Shown here: one piece after another, positions 11,164-22,288 of the stretch
How the letters are laid out: every line of letters starts with the position of its first letter
Position numbering within the stretch: the stretch's first letter is position 1
DNA from: Neophaeotheca triangularis
Lineage: Eukaryota
Direction of reading: 5' to 3'
DNA: 36,372 nucleotides
NCBI GenBank assembly: GCA_054600435.1
Contig: BAAIJX010000006.1
Location: 744,001-780,372, forward strand
Translations under genes and position numbers: made by a program
The notes under the pieces: model-generated
Told to the model about the DNA's origin: nothing
Databases searched by the model: none
The model's input: only the letters and a program-made list of their open reading frames with translations

Positions 11164-12095
11164 TGTTTGACTGATGGAAACATGCCTGGTTTTGCAACAT
11201 ATAATCCTAACGTTGTTCTCAGACACAAACTGGGCTCAACATCCCACTAGGTTAAAGCGGGAATTTAGGTCATACAAGCATCTCCTAAAGTGTCTGCAGT
11301 GGTCTCTGGATCGAGGTCGAATCGCCTTTTCCTATTATTGTGTGCGATGCGGTCTCACAGAGAGTGAGGGGTAATGTATTACTGGTACGTAGGACGTAGG
11401 ACCAAGTTCCGCTTCTAGCAACCCAATAGCCGGTGGGCCTTTTAGATCAGGCACCCAAGCACCTTAGATACTAGAACAAACTTGGTCACTACTCGACTAA
11501 CTTGGATCCGTTTCGATAATCTACACTTGTTAACTCCCGTAGAGATTGAAGATGTGGATGCATTCTGGCGGGAGTACTTAAGCAGATGGGAACGATGTTC
11601 CCTCTGACGTGCTCATCTGCTCGACCTCTACGCCCAACGTAGTTTAGGATTAGGACCAGCAGCGGCCAGATCGTCGGTACCGGTATAGGTTTGTGCAGAA
11701 ATTACAGCAGATGGTGACCTGATCCGTGCAATGCCTCTCAAACTTATAGAAGCATCTTTTCGAAAAATGTCGTTGACAGACGTCTTTGTCTCAAGTCACA
11801 ATGCCGAGTCCAAGACCACCTGCATCAGTCGAGGTTCGGCGTGCTTCATGCAGGAAGCCGCGCAGGACCCGCGAGCGCGAGTTTGCCGACCACGAACAAA
11901 CGAACTGGCTTTGACAGGTCGCCGTCTAGCTAGGTGGTAATTAGCCGTCGCAAACACCAAGTCAAGTCGCATAGACTCCTCAAGCTTCATTTGTTTGCCA
12001 GCTTCAGCTCACTTCGATTCTCCTGCTTGCCATTTGGGTAAGCTGTGCGCACGGCCAGTCATACGCGCCACGGACTCTGAAAGACAACACCGGCC

Positions 12096-14261
12096 ATGTC
12101 ATTCCTGAGACCTGACGATGGCTCACCAAGGGCAAGATCCAAATCTTCCACGAGAGACAGGTCGAGGTCTCGTAGCAATGTTCGAAGCTCGACAAAGGCG
12201 CCTTCCCCACCAAGGGCTGCTCCAGAGGCAGATTCCCGCTATCCATACCCATCTGCCAGAGCGGATACAATGCCAGCTATGCCTGGAGCAACGGATTACG
12301 ATGACATTAGGTCGTCGTCCTACAGGGGACACTCCCGGTCGAGAGCGGGAAGCTACGATCCAGAGCCGTCGCGCCTGCCGTACGGGCAGTCTGCTGGCTT
12401 GCCTTACCCCATGGACGCTGGTGTTGACTTTCCTCAATTTCCCGCTCACGATGGACCTGGGTTTCTACCACCACCAGGACCGTACCGTTCACCAACACCG
12501 AGCGATGACGGAGACCTTGCATACGGCGACGAGCCGCCTCTTCCACCCGCGGGTACCAACTACGGCACAGCCTACATGCAAGAGCCCGATCGCTCTGGCA
12601 ATGTAACGACCCGATACAAATACACACCACAGGCAGCCTCCGACAGTCGGTCTGCATCCTACTCCACTCGGTATCAGCCCCAGCAGAAATACGAATACGC
12701 TCAGCCACCGGAGAAGCTCACATATACGTCCAGACCGCAACTGGGCCAGCATGTCCATGGTTACAGCCAGACCCCTCAAGAGCTTCCACGGGAGCAATTA
12801 TCAAGGAGCTACTCCGAGTCCAAGCGTGATGTGGACCCTCGCGTCGTCGACATCACCCCCGATTCTGGTAAACGTGAGAAGAAGCACTCAAAGTCTAGAT
12901 CCAAATCCAGCAGGCTCTCGGTCGACACGAAGGAGGCTAGCAGCCTACAAGCTCCGCCTTCTCCAGGACTCGACCCTTACATGGGGCGTCTTTCTGTCAG
13001 TGGGAATCGACCTGATCTTGGTGGTGCGGCAGGAGGCATGGGTCCCCCAAGCCCACTTCTGGAGGCATACCATGGGACCTACCAATCCATCTCGCCCATG
13101 CCCTTGGCGATCCGTACAGAGGACACAGATCTTTCCGAGCTCGAGCCGCTAAGTCCCGAACGCCGTAAAAAGAGCAAAAATGGCAGTGCTCGCTTCGAGG
13201 ACGATGTAACGCAGTCCAAGAGCAAGAAGCGCGCAATTGTGTACGACTCGGAAGCTGACGCAAAAGCTATCGCATCGGCTCTGAATCACACCAAACCTGA
13301 CCCGGACCCCATCATTGATATCTTGCCCCCGTTGACTCACGATCAAATGCTCGCGCTTCGAAAGGAGTATAAGAAGCAAGTCAAAATTCAAGGAAAAGGC
13401 ATCAACCTCTCGAAGCACATCAAGCTCAAGTTGACGGGCAACTTCGGCAAAGCCGCCTACGTGACTGCTCTGGGTCGATGGGAGAGCGAAGGCTACTGGG
13501 CCAATTTCTGGTACCAATCGCACTCAAGCAGACGTGAACTACTCATTGAGAGTCTCATGGGTCGCTCAAACGTCGAAGTGAGAAGTATCAAAGACGACTT
13601 CAAGGACAAGCGATACTCGGACAGTTTGCAGAAGTGTATGGAGAAGGAGCTCAAGATGGATAAGTTCAGAACGGCAGTGTTGATGGTGCTGGAGGAAAGG
13701 AGGCAGGAAGAGCATGACGTCTATCCTCTGGAGTATTTGGATCAGGATGTCGAGATCTTGCGCAAAGCTGTCAGAGCGAGTCAAGGCGGTGAAACGGCGA
13801 TGCTGGAGATTGTCGTACGGAGAAGTGACTCGCACTTGCGAGGGATTATGAGGGCGTACGATCGGGCATACGGGGAGAACTTCGCTAGAGCAGCGCTGAA
13901 GAAGTCGAACAATTTGGTTGTAAGTGTCACCGAGCAAACTCACCCACCTACAGACCGTTCCGCTAATCTTCCAACACAGGGAGAGGTAATTGCACACATA
14001 CTCAACGGCGTGATCAACAAGCCTGCTCGCGATGCCTTGCTACTCAACCACGCAATTGAGGATATAGCCGCTCGCAATAAATCGGACGAGCTGCGATATG
14101 AGCTCCTGATCTCGAGACTGGTGAGGCTGCATTGGGATCGTCTCCATCTCGCCAAAGTCAAGAGGGAGTACGCCGAGAAGCATCGTCGAGGGCTGGAAGA
14201 GGATATCGAGCAAGCCACGAGTGGTGATTTCAGGGAGTTTATGTGCGAGCTCTGTCGATGA
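12096..14261 (+). CDS. ANXC4: Annexin ANXC4-like protein; exons 12096-13919 and 13980-14261
   Basis: Long disordered P/S/Y-rich N-terminus, then degenerate annexin repeats (DAKAIASAL...IIDIL; ELLIESLMGRSN; EQATSGDFREFMCELC). A 60-nt intron (GTAAGT...GCTAAT...CAG) gives SNNLV|GEVIAHILNG. Confidence 0.85.
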   Translation: MSFLRPDDGSPRARSKSSTRDRSRSRSNVRSSTKAPSPPRAAPEADSRYPYPSARADTMPAMPGATDYDDIRSSSYRGHSRSRAGSYDPEPSRLPYGQSAGLPYPMDAGVDFPQFPAHDGPGFLPPPGPYRSPTPSDDGDLAYGDEPPLPPAGTNYGTAYMQEPDRSGNVTTRYKYTPQAASDSRSASYSTRYQPQQKYEYAQPPEKLTYTSRPQLGQHVHGYSQTPQELPREQLSRSYSESKRDVDPRVVDITPDSGKREKKHSKSRSKSSRLSVDTKEASSLQAPPSPGLDPYMGRLSVSGNRPDLGGAAGGMGPPSPLLEAYHGTYQSISPMPLAIRTEDTDLSELEPLSPERRKKSKNGSARFEDDVTQSKSKKRAIVYDSEADAKAIASALNHTKPDPDPIIDILPPLTHDQMLALRKEYKKQVKIQGKGINLSKHIKLKLTGNFGKAAYVTALGRWESEGYWANFWYQSHSSRRELLIESLMGRSNVEVRSIKDDFKDKRYSDSLQKCMEKELKMDKFRTAVLMVLEERRQEEHDVYPLEYLDQDVEILRKAVRASQGGETAMLEIVVRRSDSHLRGIMRAYDRAYGENFARAALKKSNNLVVSVTEQTHPPTDRSANLPTQGEVIAHILNGVINKPARDALLLNHAIEDIAARNKSDELRYELLISRLVRLHWDRLHLAKVKREYAEKHRRGLEEDIEQATSGDFREFMCELCR

Positions 14262-14394
14262 GGAGAGAGTTGGTGCATTGGATGAATAGGACTTTAACCG
14301 TCTAGCATAGGAAGTACTATGGGTCGTAGTCTATTCGTTATGGATTTCGGTTAGACAGTTTTCCGTGAGCTATGTACCCAGTACCAGAGTAGAG

Positions 14395-14427
14395 GTAGTA
14401 ATATAGTAGTAATATAGTAGTAATATA
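14395..14427. repeat. Tandem repeat (GTAGTAATATA)x3
   Basis: Three perfect 11-bp copies read directly. Confidence 0.9.
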
Positions 14428-15175
14428 GTCGTGCTGACTCGTGAAGAGAGACGTCAACCCCACACCCAGTATCTCCGAACAGAGGATTAACCACGGGTCG
14501 ATCGGGACTAAGTTTAGCCTACCGAAGTCCGCTAGTACCGTTAGGTCCACTACCATTCGTCAAGAAGTCAAGAAGTCTCGAGTCCGTGCCGTGCAGCAGC
14601 TCTCGTCTCTGCCAGCGAGCAGCACAAACCATCATCAACTTACAGCCCCGTCCATTCTGTCGTCTACTTTACAAACCTCACTACTACTCATCCTTAGACC
14701 CTTACCTCGACATCGTCCCCTCGTGACCTGGTGCTGCTGTCTCTGGCCCTGTCTGGCCCTGTATTCCTTGGTCGCTTCCTCGCAATCTAGACGGCCGTTG
14801 AGCGGAGAGAGGCCCAGCCACCGGTGCGCATATCTCGGACGAACTACTTCCCACGTGCTGGTACTGGGAGCCGAGGGCATCCAGATTGGGTGAAGCATCG
14901 ACCTCTTCTTCCTTTACGTCTACGCGACGGTGACAAGTCGACTGGAACAACGCAATCGACCTTTTCGAGTCCCCTGGGCCTTGCCATCTACCCTGCCATA
15001 CGCTAGAATACCACAACTTGCACGTCTCGCCTGAACGACTGCCACGTCCGACGAGCGCGCAAATTCCCACTGCGAAGAGTCGGGGGAGCCTTGCGAGGCG
15101 CACGTACATTACTTGAAGAAGTTATCAAGTATAGGAGCGGATTGTCTCGGCCAAAAAGACGGGTAGTCCTTTACA

Positions 15176-16002
15176 ATGCCTCTGTGCGGCGGGTCAAAGA
15201 CGGTCCAGCGGAAGCTGGTGCTTCTGTAGGTCAGCGCCCAGATGGAAAACTGGAACTTGGCGCAACTCTCCAAGGCGACAGGAATGCTGATGCTAAAGTA
15301 GAGGCGATGGCGCATCCGGCAAGACATCACTACTGAACGTCTTCACGAGAGGCTATTTCCCGACCGTCTAGTAAGCTTCCAAAATACTCACCCAGCAGTA
15401 GGGTGTTCGCAGACTAACCAACACGTTCCAAAGCGAACCGACGGTCTTTGAAAACTACGTCCACGACATCTTCATCGATAATGTCCATGTCGAGCTGTCG
15501 CTATGGGATACCGCTGGCCAGGAAGAATTCGACCGGCTGCGTTCCCTCTCCTACGATGACACTCACGCAATCATGCTATGCTTTTCCGTCGACTCCCCGG
15601 ACTCGCTGGAAAATGTCGAGTCGAAATGGGTAGGCGAGATTGCGGAGAATTGCCCTGGCGTGAAGCTGGTGCTCGTGGCTCTCAAGTGCGATTTGCGGGA
15701 AAACAATGGCGACGATGAAGATGAAGAAGAGGCGGAGCAAGGCAGAGAGAAGAGGACGATTGACTACAAGGCTGGTTTAGCTGTGGCGGAGAAGATCAAG
15801 GCGTTGAGATATCTTGGTAGGTTGTGCTTTGGACAGAGTAAATGGAAGCGACACGCAGCTGTACTGACTTCTACTGCTACTAGAATGCTCCGCGATGAAG
15901 AACAGAGGCGTCAATGAAGCATTTACAGAAGCCGCACGAGTCGCCCTGCAAGTCAAAAACGTCAAAGGAGACAAGTCCGGAAGCAGCTGCGCTCTCATGT
16001 AA
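15176..16002 (+). CDS. RHO3: Rho3 GTPase; exons 15176-15225, 15302-15370, 15434-15816, 15884-16002
   Basis: Spliced protein: [48 protein letters not shown]...[17 protein letters not shown]...LKCDLR...ECSAM...CALM*. Rho3-type effector loop (YEPTVFENY) and a CAAX box. Confidence 0.96.
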
Positions 16003-16692
16003 CCCTTCCGAAACCCCAGGCAGGGGCTTTGCGGCCAGCCACAACCCACCGCAACTCCTCCAACACAACATTTCAGCTTCTGCATATATACCCATTGAGA
16101 CCTCGAGTCCACGCCTCTATCTACTTACCGACCTATCTACTTACCCACCCTAGTTGACCGTTGGAGGGGCTTGGCCATACGGCGCGGCGTTGGGGATGCT
16201 TTTGTTTGGGAGGCAAATATTGTTTCATTGCTTAACGAGGACCGAGAGACGAACGATGATTTGACTGCAGGCATGAAGGGTGCTGGCTAGTCGTTGTTGT
16301 AGTGTTTATTGTAAAAAAGTTCTTTCCCAGGCCCGCTATCTCGACTGCGTTTTTGCTCTTTGTTTGGACACTTCGTCTACAGAAGAGGCCTGCTACTAGC
16401 GTCCGCGGTCATATCCCGTCAGATGTAGTAAGGCGTAGGCAATCGCAATCATTCTTGGTCCACGCAAGTACATGTGTATAAGACAGAAGTGGGCACGTGG
16501 GGGCGAGGGCCAACCGACCTCGTAGTGGATTTACAACAGCACTAGGAGTTCACGAATCCCGACTTCACAAAACTTGAATCCGATAAGACAGACTTGATAA
16601 ATACTATCGGGTGGCGGTGAAACCAGTCTTGAAATAATACATCTTCCCAAAGCCGCTCTGCATCGCTATCAATTGCAAAAGGTAAACAGACC

Positions 16693-17755
16693 ATGGCTCT
16701 CTCGAATCGCCTCGCCATCATCGCCGGAGGCATAGGTAGGTGAAATCAACAAAAGAAAACCCCCGGACCTGATCCAACATCAGCTCACACACATCTTCCC
16801 ACCCAACCCAGGCGGCATAGGCTCAGCGACCGGCGCGCTCCTCCGCTCCCAAGGCGCACGAGTAGCGCTCCTCTACGCGCCCTTCGAAGCGGCCAACGTC
16901 GCGCCCGCGCTCAAAACCTACCACGACACGCCCATCAAAACCAGCGGCGGCGGCACACACACGACGCGCGACGACGTGCAAGCCTACGAATGCGACATCA
17001 CCGACCACGAATCCGTCAACGCCACGTTCCAAACCATTGGCAAAGCCGCCGTCGCCGCCGAGACCGTTCCCAGCATCCTCGTCAACGCGGCTGGGTATAT
17101 TAAACTCTTCCCGCTCGAGGAGACTCCTCCCGAGGAGGCGCTGAAGCAGTACTTGGTCAATCTGCACGGGCCGACGCTGACGGCGCAGGCTTTTGCGCGG
17201 CTGTTTTTTGAGACGTGGAAGAGGAAGGGTGGGGAGGCCAAGGGTGGGAGGATTGTTAATGTGGCGAGCCAGGCTGCCCATGTGGCGCTGTATCAGCATG
17301 GCCCGTACTGTGCGAGCAAAGCGGGCATGTTGGGCATGACGAGGTGTATGGCTAGTGAGTGGGGGAGCCGGGGGATTAGTGAGTTTTCCTTCTCCTAGTT
17401 TTTTTTTTTTTTTCCTTCTTACGATGCTTCTGTGGGGTGCGACGTGCTGACTGCTTGCGTTTTCTTAGCTTCGAACAGCATTTCGCCCGGACCGGTGTGG
17501 ACGGCTTTGGGGAAGAAGGCCTGGGCGGATCAGAAGATGAGGGAAGAGTATGTGCTAAGTCGGCTCGGAATCTTGACTGCATAGAATGCTGAGGGCTAAT
17601 CGTTTACTCTCTTCAGGTACCAAGCATCGATACCCACTGGCAAATTCGCCGAGCCTGAGGAAGTCGCAGAGGCGATTTCATACTTTTGCCAGGACCACGC
17701 TTGTAACGTGAATGGCATGGACTTAAGGCTCGATGGCGGGTTTACTGCGCGATAA
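16693..17755 (+). CDS. Classical short-chain dehydrogenase/reductase resembling GolD/DthD polyol dehydrogenases; exons 16693-16735, 16812-17378, 17469-17547, 17617-17755
   Basis: AGGIGGIG Rossmann motif, LVNAAG, NVASQA, catalytic YCASK, SISPGPVWTALGKKAW, IPTGKFAEPEEVA and C-terminal LRLDGGF. Confidence 0.9.
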
Positions 17756-18075
17756 GTTCTCGGTAGCGTGCGAGTGTGTAGCAACGAACTAAAGCCGGGC
17801 GCTGAACGATACAGGCGTCATCTCTTACGCTGTCACTCGTTGGCTCCTTTTTTGGCATGACAACCCACCTCGACTGCGATCCGCTTTGGTGATAAGTGCT
17901 AAACGAGTCTCCAGACACCATTGAGACGTAGTTGCGGAGACGCAACGCGACGCCAACCCGCTGGCAACAGGAAAAGTATCGATTCAGAACTCGAAGATTT
18001 CTCAATGCAATAAGACATCGACTGGTAGGCGGTATCATTCCACTTTGCGACAACGTCACAAATTTACGCCCCGTT

Positions 18076-19222
18076 TCAAGCAAGCCTAGCCTTCTCCTCT
18101 TCCAAGATCGTTGGAACTTCGTCAAAGATATGCCGCTCCTTTGGCTCCCACCCCAAATACTTCCTCGCCCTCAACGCCCTCCCTCTGCTATTCCAACCCC
18201 AACTCACAGCCTCAAAGCCCGCCTGCTCAATAGCAGCGTCTTTACTCAGAGAGTCCTCCTTTGTCGCCTTCGAGTCCACTAAACCCTTCTCCACGGCCGT
18301 TTTACTAATGTGCCTCGCCAACTCAGTCCAAAGGTGCTCCCCGGCTTCAGTAAACATGTACCCCTTTTCGCCCCAGAGCTCGGGGCTCGTGTCACCCGCG
18401 AGCGCTTTGTCAGTCAAAGCCGCAAAACACCTTGTCAAATCGTAAACGTGCACGTAGTTCCAGCGAGCCTTGCCCTGGCCGATCACAGGCGTGTACTCGG
18501 CCGTGAGAATGAGTTTGGCGAGTTCATACACCTGCCTGCCGCGTCCGGAAACCGGTCCGCGTCCTCGCCCGTAGATGGTGGGCGGGCAGACGACGACGGT
18601 CTTGACGGCATCGCCATGTTTGGTCCCGTAGTCGAGGACGATTTTGTCGACGTTGCGGTGGAAGGCCGAGTCCGGGAGGTTGGTGAGCTCCTCGATGCCG
18701 TCGAGGTCGTTGAATTCTTTCTCGTCCCATTCGCCCAGCCGGCCGGCTTCGCTGTCGCGGTAGGTGAGGATGCCTGTGCCGCCCGTGTGCAGCCAGTAGC
18801 CGGGTTTCGAGGCCGAGTGGCCTTTAACCATGCCTGCGCCAATGGCTCTGGCGGCGCCCTCGTGGTCGGAGGCGTCTGCACAGTCTTGGGTGAGAGGGTT
18901 AGTGGGTTGTCTTGGGGATTGGGCTTGGTGTCGAGTGCCTACGAATGACTATGTCGGCTTTGGCGGCCTGCTCCTCGAGGAGGTCGGAGTCGTCCAGGCC
19001 ACCGAGGACAATCTCGACGTTTGGATAGGCTGTCTTGACTTTGTCCGCTTTGTCCTGCGTCCGGACTAGGACGGCGTACTCTAGCTTGTCGCCATGCTCG
19101 GTGTGGAGTTGGTAGAGAGCATCGCCCCCAATGTAGCCGGTAACACCCGTGCTGGTGCTTAGTTAGCTATGCGGCTGTGATGGGCCGCGGGGTTCAGCGT
19201 ACATGAACAGTCTTGGTGCCAT
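18076..19222 (-). CDS. Atypical SDR / NAD(P)-dependent epimerase-like oxidoreductase; exons 19222-19203, 19151-18943, 18884-18076
   Basis: Spliced N-terminus MAPRLFITGVTGYIGGDAL (TGxxGxxG), followed by VIHCADASDH, HTGGTG, HRNVD, CPPTIYG and WNYVHVYDL. Confidence 0.88.
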
Positions 19223-19476
19223 TTCGATGGAGAAGGACGTTGTGGGTTGGGGAATAGTGGTTTGAGGGAGTTGTTCGAATCGAAGAAAACCTTCAGATGT
19301 TTGATGAGTGCTTGTCGGGCCACCTACGGTTCTCTTATACTAGTCTAGATAGCAGCGGGAGATACTCTCCTTACTTATTACACGTCTTCCACTAAAGGTG
19401 TTGATACTACCTGAGCCATGACGTTGGACACCAGAACTGAGGTTGAGGCTGAGTAATTCAAAGCCAAACATGCCCG

Positions 19477-19505
19477 TCCAGCTCCAGCTCCAGCTCCAGC
19501 TCCAG
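19477..19505. repeat. Hexamer microsatellite (TCCAGC)x4+
   Basis: Read directly in the intergenic spacer. Confidence 0.85.
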
Positions 19506-20012
19506 GCCGGGAGAATTATCATCCAAGGTGGAGACGGAGCGTCACAAGGAGCGTCATGTATCTCGAGCTCACCAGACTCACCACGCAGGGCACCTCCCAC
19601 GCACCTGGACGCTTCCAGGCGCAGCTCTATCAAAAGTCGGTGGTTCTAGTTTCGATCACAGTGCCGTGGAGTGGCTCTCTACAGTATACAAAAAGGTCCT
19701 ACTCAAATGGTTAATTGTGTTTGTTGTAATGCCCAAGTCCATTCAGGTCCAGCCGATGTCGTGACTTTTTGGTAACCATGTCGAAATATACTTATTAATC
19801 GAGGCATCCACGCCCTAAAACCGACATCCCGAGGCACATACCTAGACAGGAAGGTAAATAGTCCCCAAAGCACCGCAAAAGCAACAAGAAGCACAAAAGA
19901 CAACTACTACGAGTCCATAATTGATCATTCCCTCCAACTTTCATTTCAACAACGCAATCGATCCCAAACCCGAACCCTCCAACACTCCACTCAACCAACC
20001 AAACAAACAATA

Positions 20013-20435
20013 ATGCCCACACCCAACACCCAACCCACCAACCTCGCCACATCAATCTCCCAAGTCACCTCCCCCTGGTCGCCCAAACATCTCCTAACCC
20101 TCAACAACAGCCACTCGCTGAAAGTGGCCAAACTTCACGGCGACTTCATCTGGCACAGCCACCCAGATACCGACGAGCTTTTCTACTGCGTTTCCGGCGG
20201 GCCCTTTGTCATAGACATTCACCATTCCGCAGCGAGTGCTGAGGAAGCTGAGGAAGCGGGAGCGGAAGAGGTCGTGGAGGTCGGGGTCGGGGATGTCTTT
20301 TGCGTGCCGAGGGGTGTGCAGCATCGACCGCGAGCGGATGTGGAGACGGGGGTTTTGTTGATCGAGAAGGTCGGGACGGTGAATACTGGGGATAGGGAGG
20401 GGGGTGGCATGACTAGTTATGTGGTTGAGGAGTGA
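20013..20435 (+). CDS. Small intronless monocupin, similar to the bacterial YdbB-like family
   Basis: Cupin motif 1 GDFIWHSHPDTDELF and motif 2 GDVFCVPRGVQHRP. N-terminal WSPK and C-terminal GTVNTGD are typical of the family. Confidence 0.88.
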   Translation: MPTPNTQPTNLATSISQVTSPWSPKHLLTLNNSHSLKVAKLHGDFIWHSHPDTDELFYCVSGGPFVIDIHHSAASAEEAEEAGAEEVVEVGVGDVFCVPRGVQHRPRADVETGVLLIEKVGTVNTGDREGGGMTSYVVEE

Positions 20436-20666
20436 TGATGGGAGATGGGTGTACGGGGAGCATTCTCAATGGATCTTTCTTTTTTGGGCGTGCATTATTC
20501 TTGTAACATACTCGCGCGCTTGTCTATTGTACACTGCGGCAACTTTCGCCGGCATCATGGCGCGCTGGGCACGATGCACTGATGTCAAAGCTGGACTACT
20601 GGACTCCTTCTTCGATGATTTATTTCGCCGTGTCTTTACCCTCCAAAGAAGCTAGGATTGCAGCTA

Positions 20667-22288
20667 CTAAGCCTTCCCTGCCTGTGCTTTGATCGCCTGC
20701 TTCTCGCTGACCGGCTGGATCCTCGCCATCATCTCCTCTTTTGTGATCAAATGATCGATGCGCTCCAGCAGGCCTAGCAAAGACTTCATGTTGCCAGACC
20801 ATTCATTGAGCACCTCATCCGCATCGCGCTTCTTCTCGAAACTGACAACCTGGGCTGGTCTGTCGATCTTGGCGTAGATGGTTTTGTTGACGACCAGGTC
20901 CGAGATGTACTTCTCAGTTTCCTTGGAGGGTAGATCGAGAAGCTCGGTGAGACGGGCGAAGTGGATGCGGGTGTAGTACTTGGCGATCACGCGAACGTTG
21001 TGCTCGATGACGCGCTTTCGGAAGTCGAGCCAGCGCTGGTGTGCTTTCGGATCCTTGGAGTCCTCTTTTTCGGAGAAGATGTCTGTACTGCAGAGGTGAG
21101 GACCGAAGTTCTCCTGAATGCTCGGCCAACGCATGAGCTCGGGCACTGTGAAGAGCTTGAGCAGCTGTGCTTCGGTGGGGCAGTGTGCGGCGATGCGAGT
21201 ATCCTGAGCAATACGGTGCAAGAGATCGTTCTGCTCATTGTCGTAGGGGGCAAGCAGAACGAAGTAGACAACGCGCTGCAGGGCCGCTTTCAGTTGGTCA
21301 GGATTCTCCTCGACGGCCTCCGTGTCCAAAACCTGTCGGTAATGCTTGCATGCATCAAGGTACTTGTCTTCATGCTTCGCCAGGGTGATCTGTTGCTCGT
21401 AGTACCGCAGCTTGAGGTCTGTAACGTCATCATCCACCGGCTCTAGCTGCTCGTCTCCAATAGCACCGTCCGACCTCATGCGCTCGCGCTCCTCCTTTTC
21501 CTTGCGGTCCTTCTCCAATTGCTCCGGCGTCTTCTTCGGCTTGCGTGCGAAGTATCGGGTGCTTATCTTGCGGCCAAGAATGCCCGCTTGGGTCCAGTCA
21601 CCCTTCTCAATGCAGAGGGCCACTTGCTCCAGAATGAATTCGGTCTTCTCTCTCCTCGTCATCGAACCAAAGGTTTCGACCTGCAGCTCGCAGAGAATGT
21701 CTGTGGCAGCAGCGATGTCGCCCTGCTGTCGCTTGATGTTTGAAAGTATCCGGGTGACACGCGCTCGCTCAACTTCCACGAAGATCTGTTGAAGCACTCC
21801 ATGTCAGCTTGCTATCAACCACGTTGCTCCTTGGAAATTGACCTTACCTTGCCCTCCGTTACCGTCCTCAGAGTCTCAATGACGCTGAGTTTTGTGTCCA
21901 TGCTCGGCACATCATCCAGGAAACCCATGACCACCTGAACCATCTTGGTGATGGCCTGCTTCAGCTGACCATGCTTCTTGCTCAGCACCAGCACTTGCTC
22001 GTTCAACAAGCTCCAATCCCCTGAGTCCTTGCATATTGTTACGATGGCGACCAAAAGGCGGGAGGTCGAGGCGAGATCGGAGGCTTGTCGTGTTTGCTTC
22101 TCGAGTGCGGACAGCTTCTCTATCGATGGCTGTACCTGGCCGGACTGAAGATGGTTTGGTCAGCGACATGCCTCAACACACAGCAACGCGAATGAACTGA
22201 CTTGTGCAAGCTTCTCGGCCTCAGGAATGGCCGTGTCGACTTCCTTGGTGAAGTCCTTCTCCGCCTTCAAGACGGCGCCGTCGGACAT
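20667..22288 (-). CDS. RPN5: 26S proteasome lid subunit Rpn5; exons 22288-22202, 22144-21848, 21785-20667
   Basis: LEKQTRQASD, LSKKHGQLKQAI, TVTEGK|IFVEVERAR, ELQVETFGSM and PCI domain VIEHNVRVIAKYYTRI. Two phase-0 GT-AG introns. Confidence 0.97.

Noticed and set aside
16736..16811. SDR intron 1 starting GTAGGTGA with an internal CAG, considered as a stwintron
   Set aside because: Removing the inner segment leaves a poor donor (GTAGCT) and an outer intron too short to be plausible.
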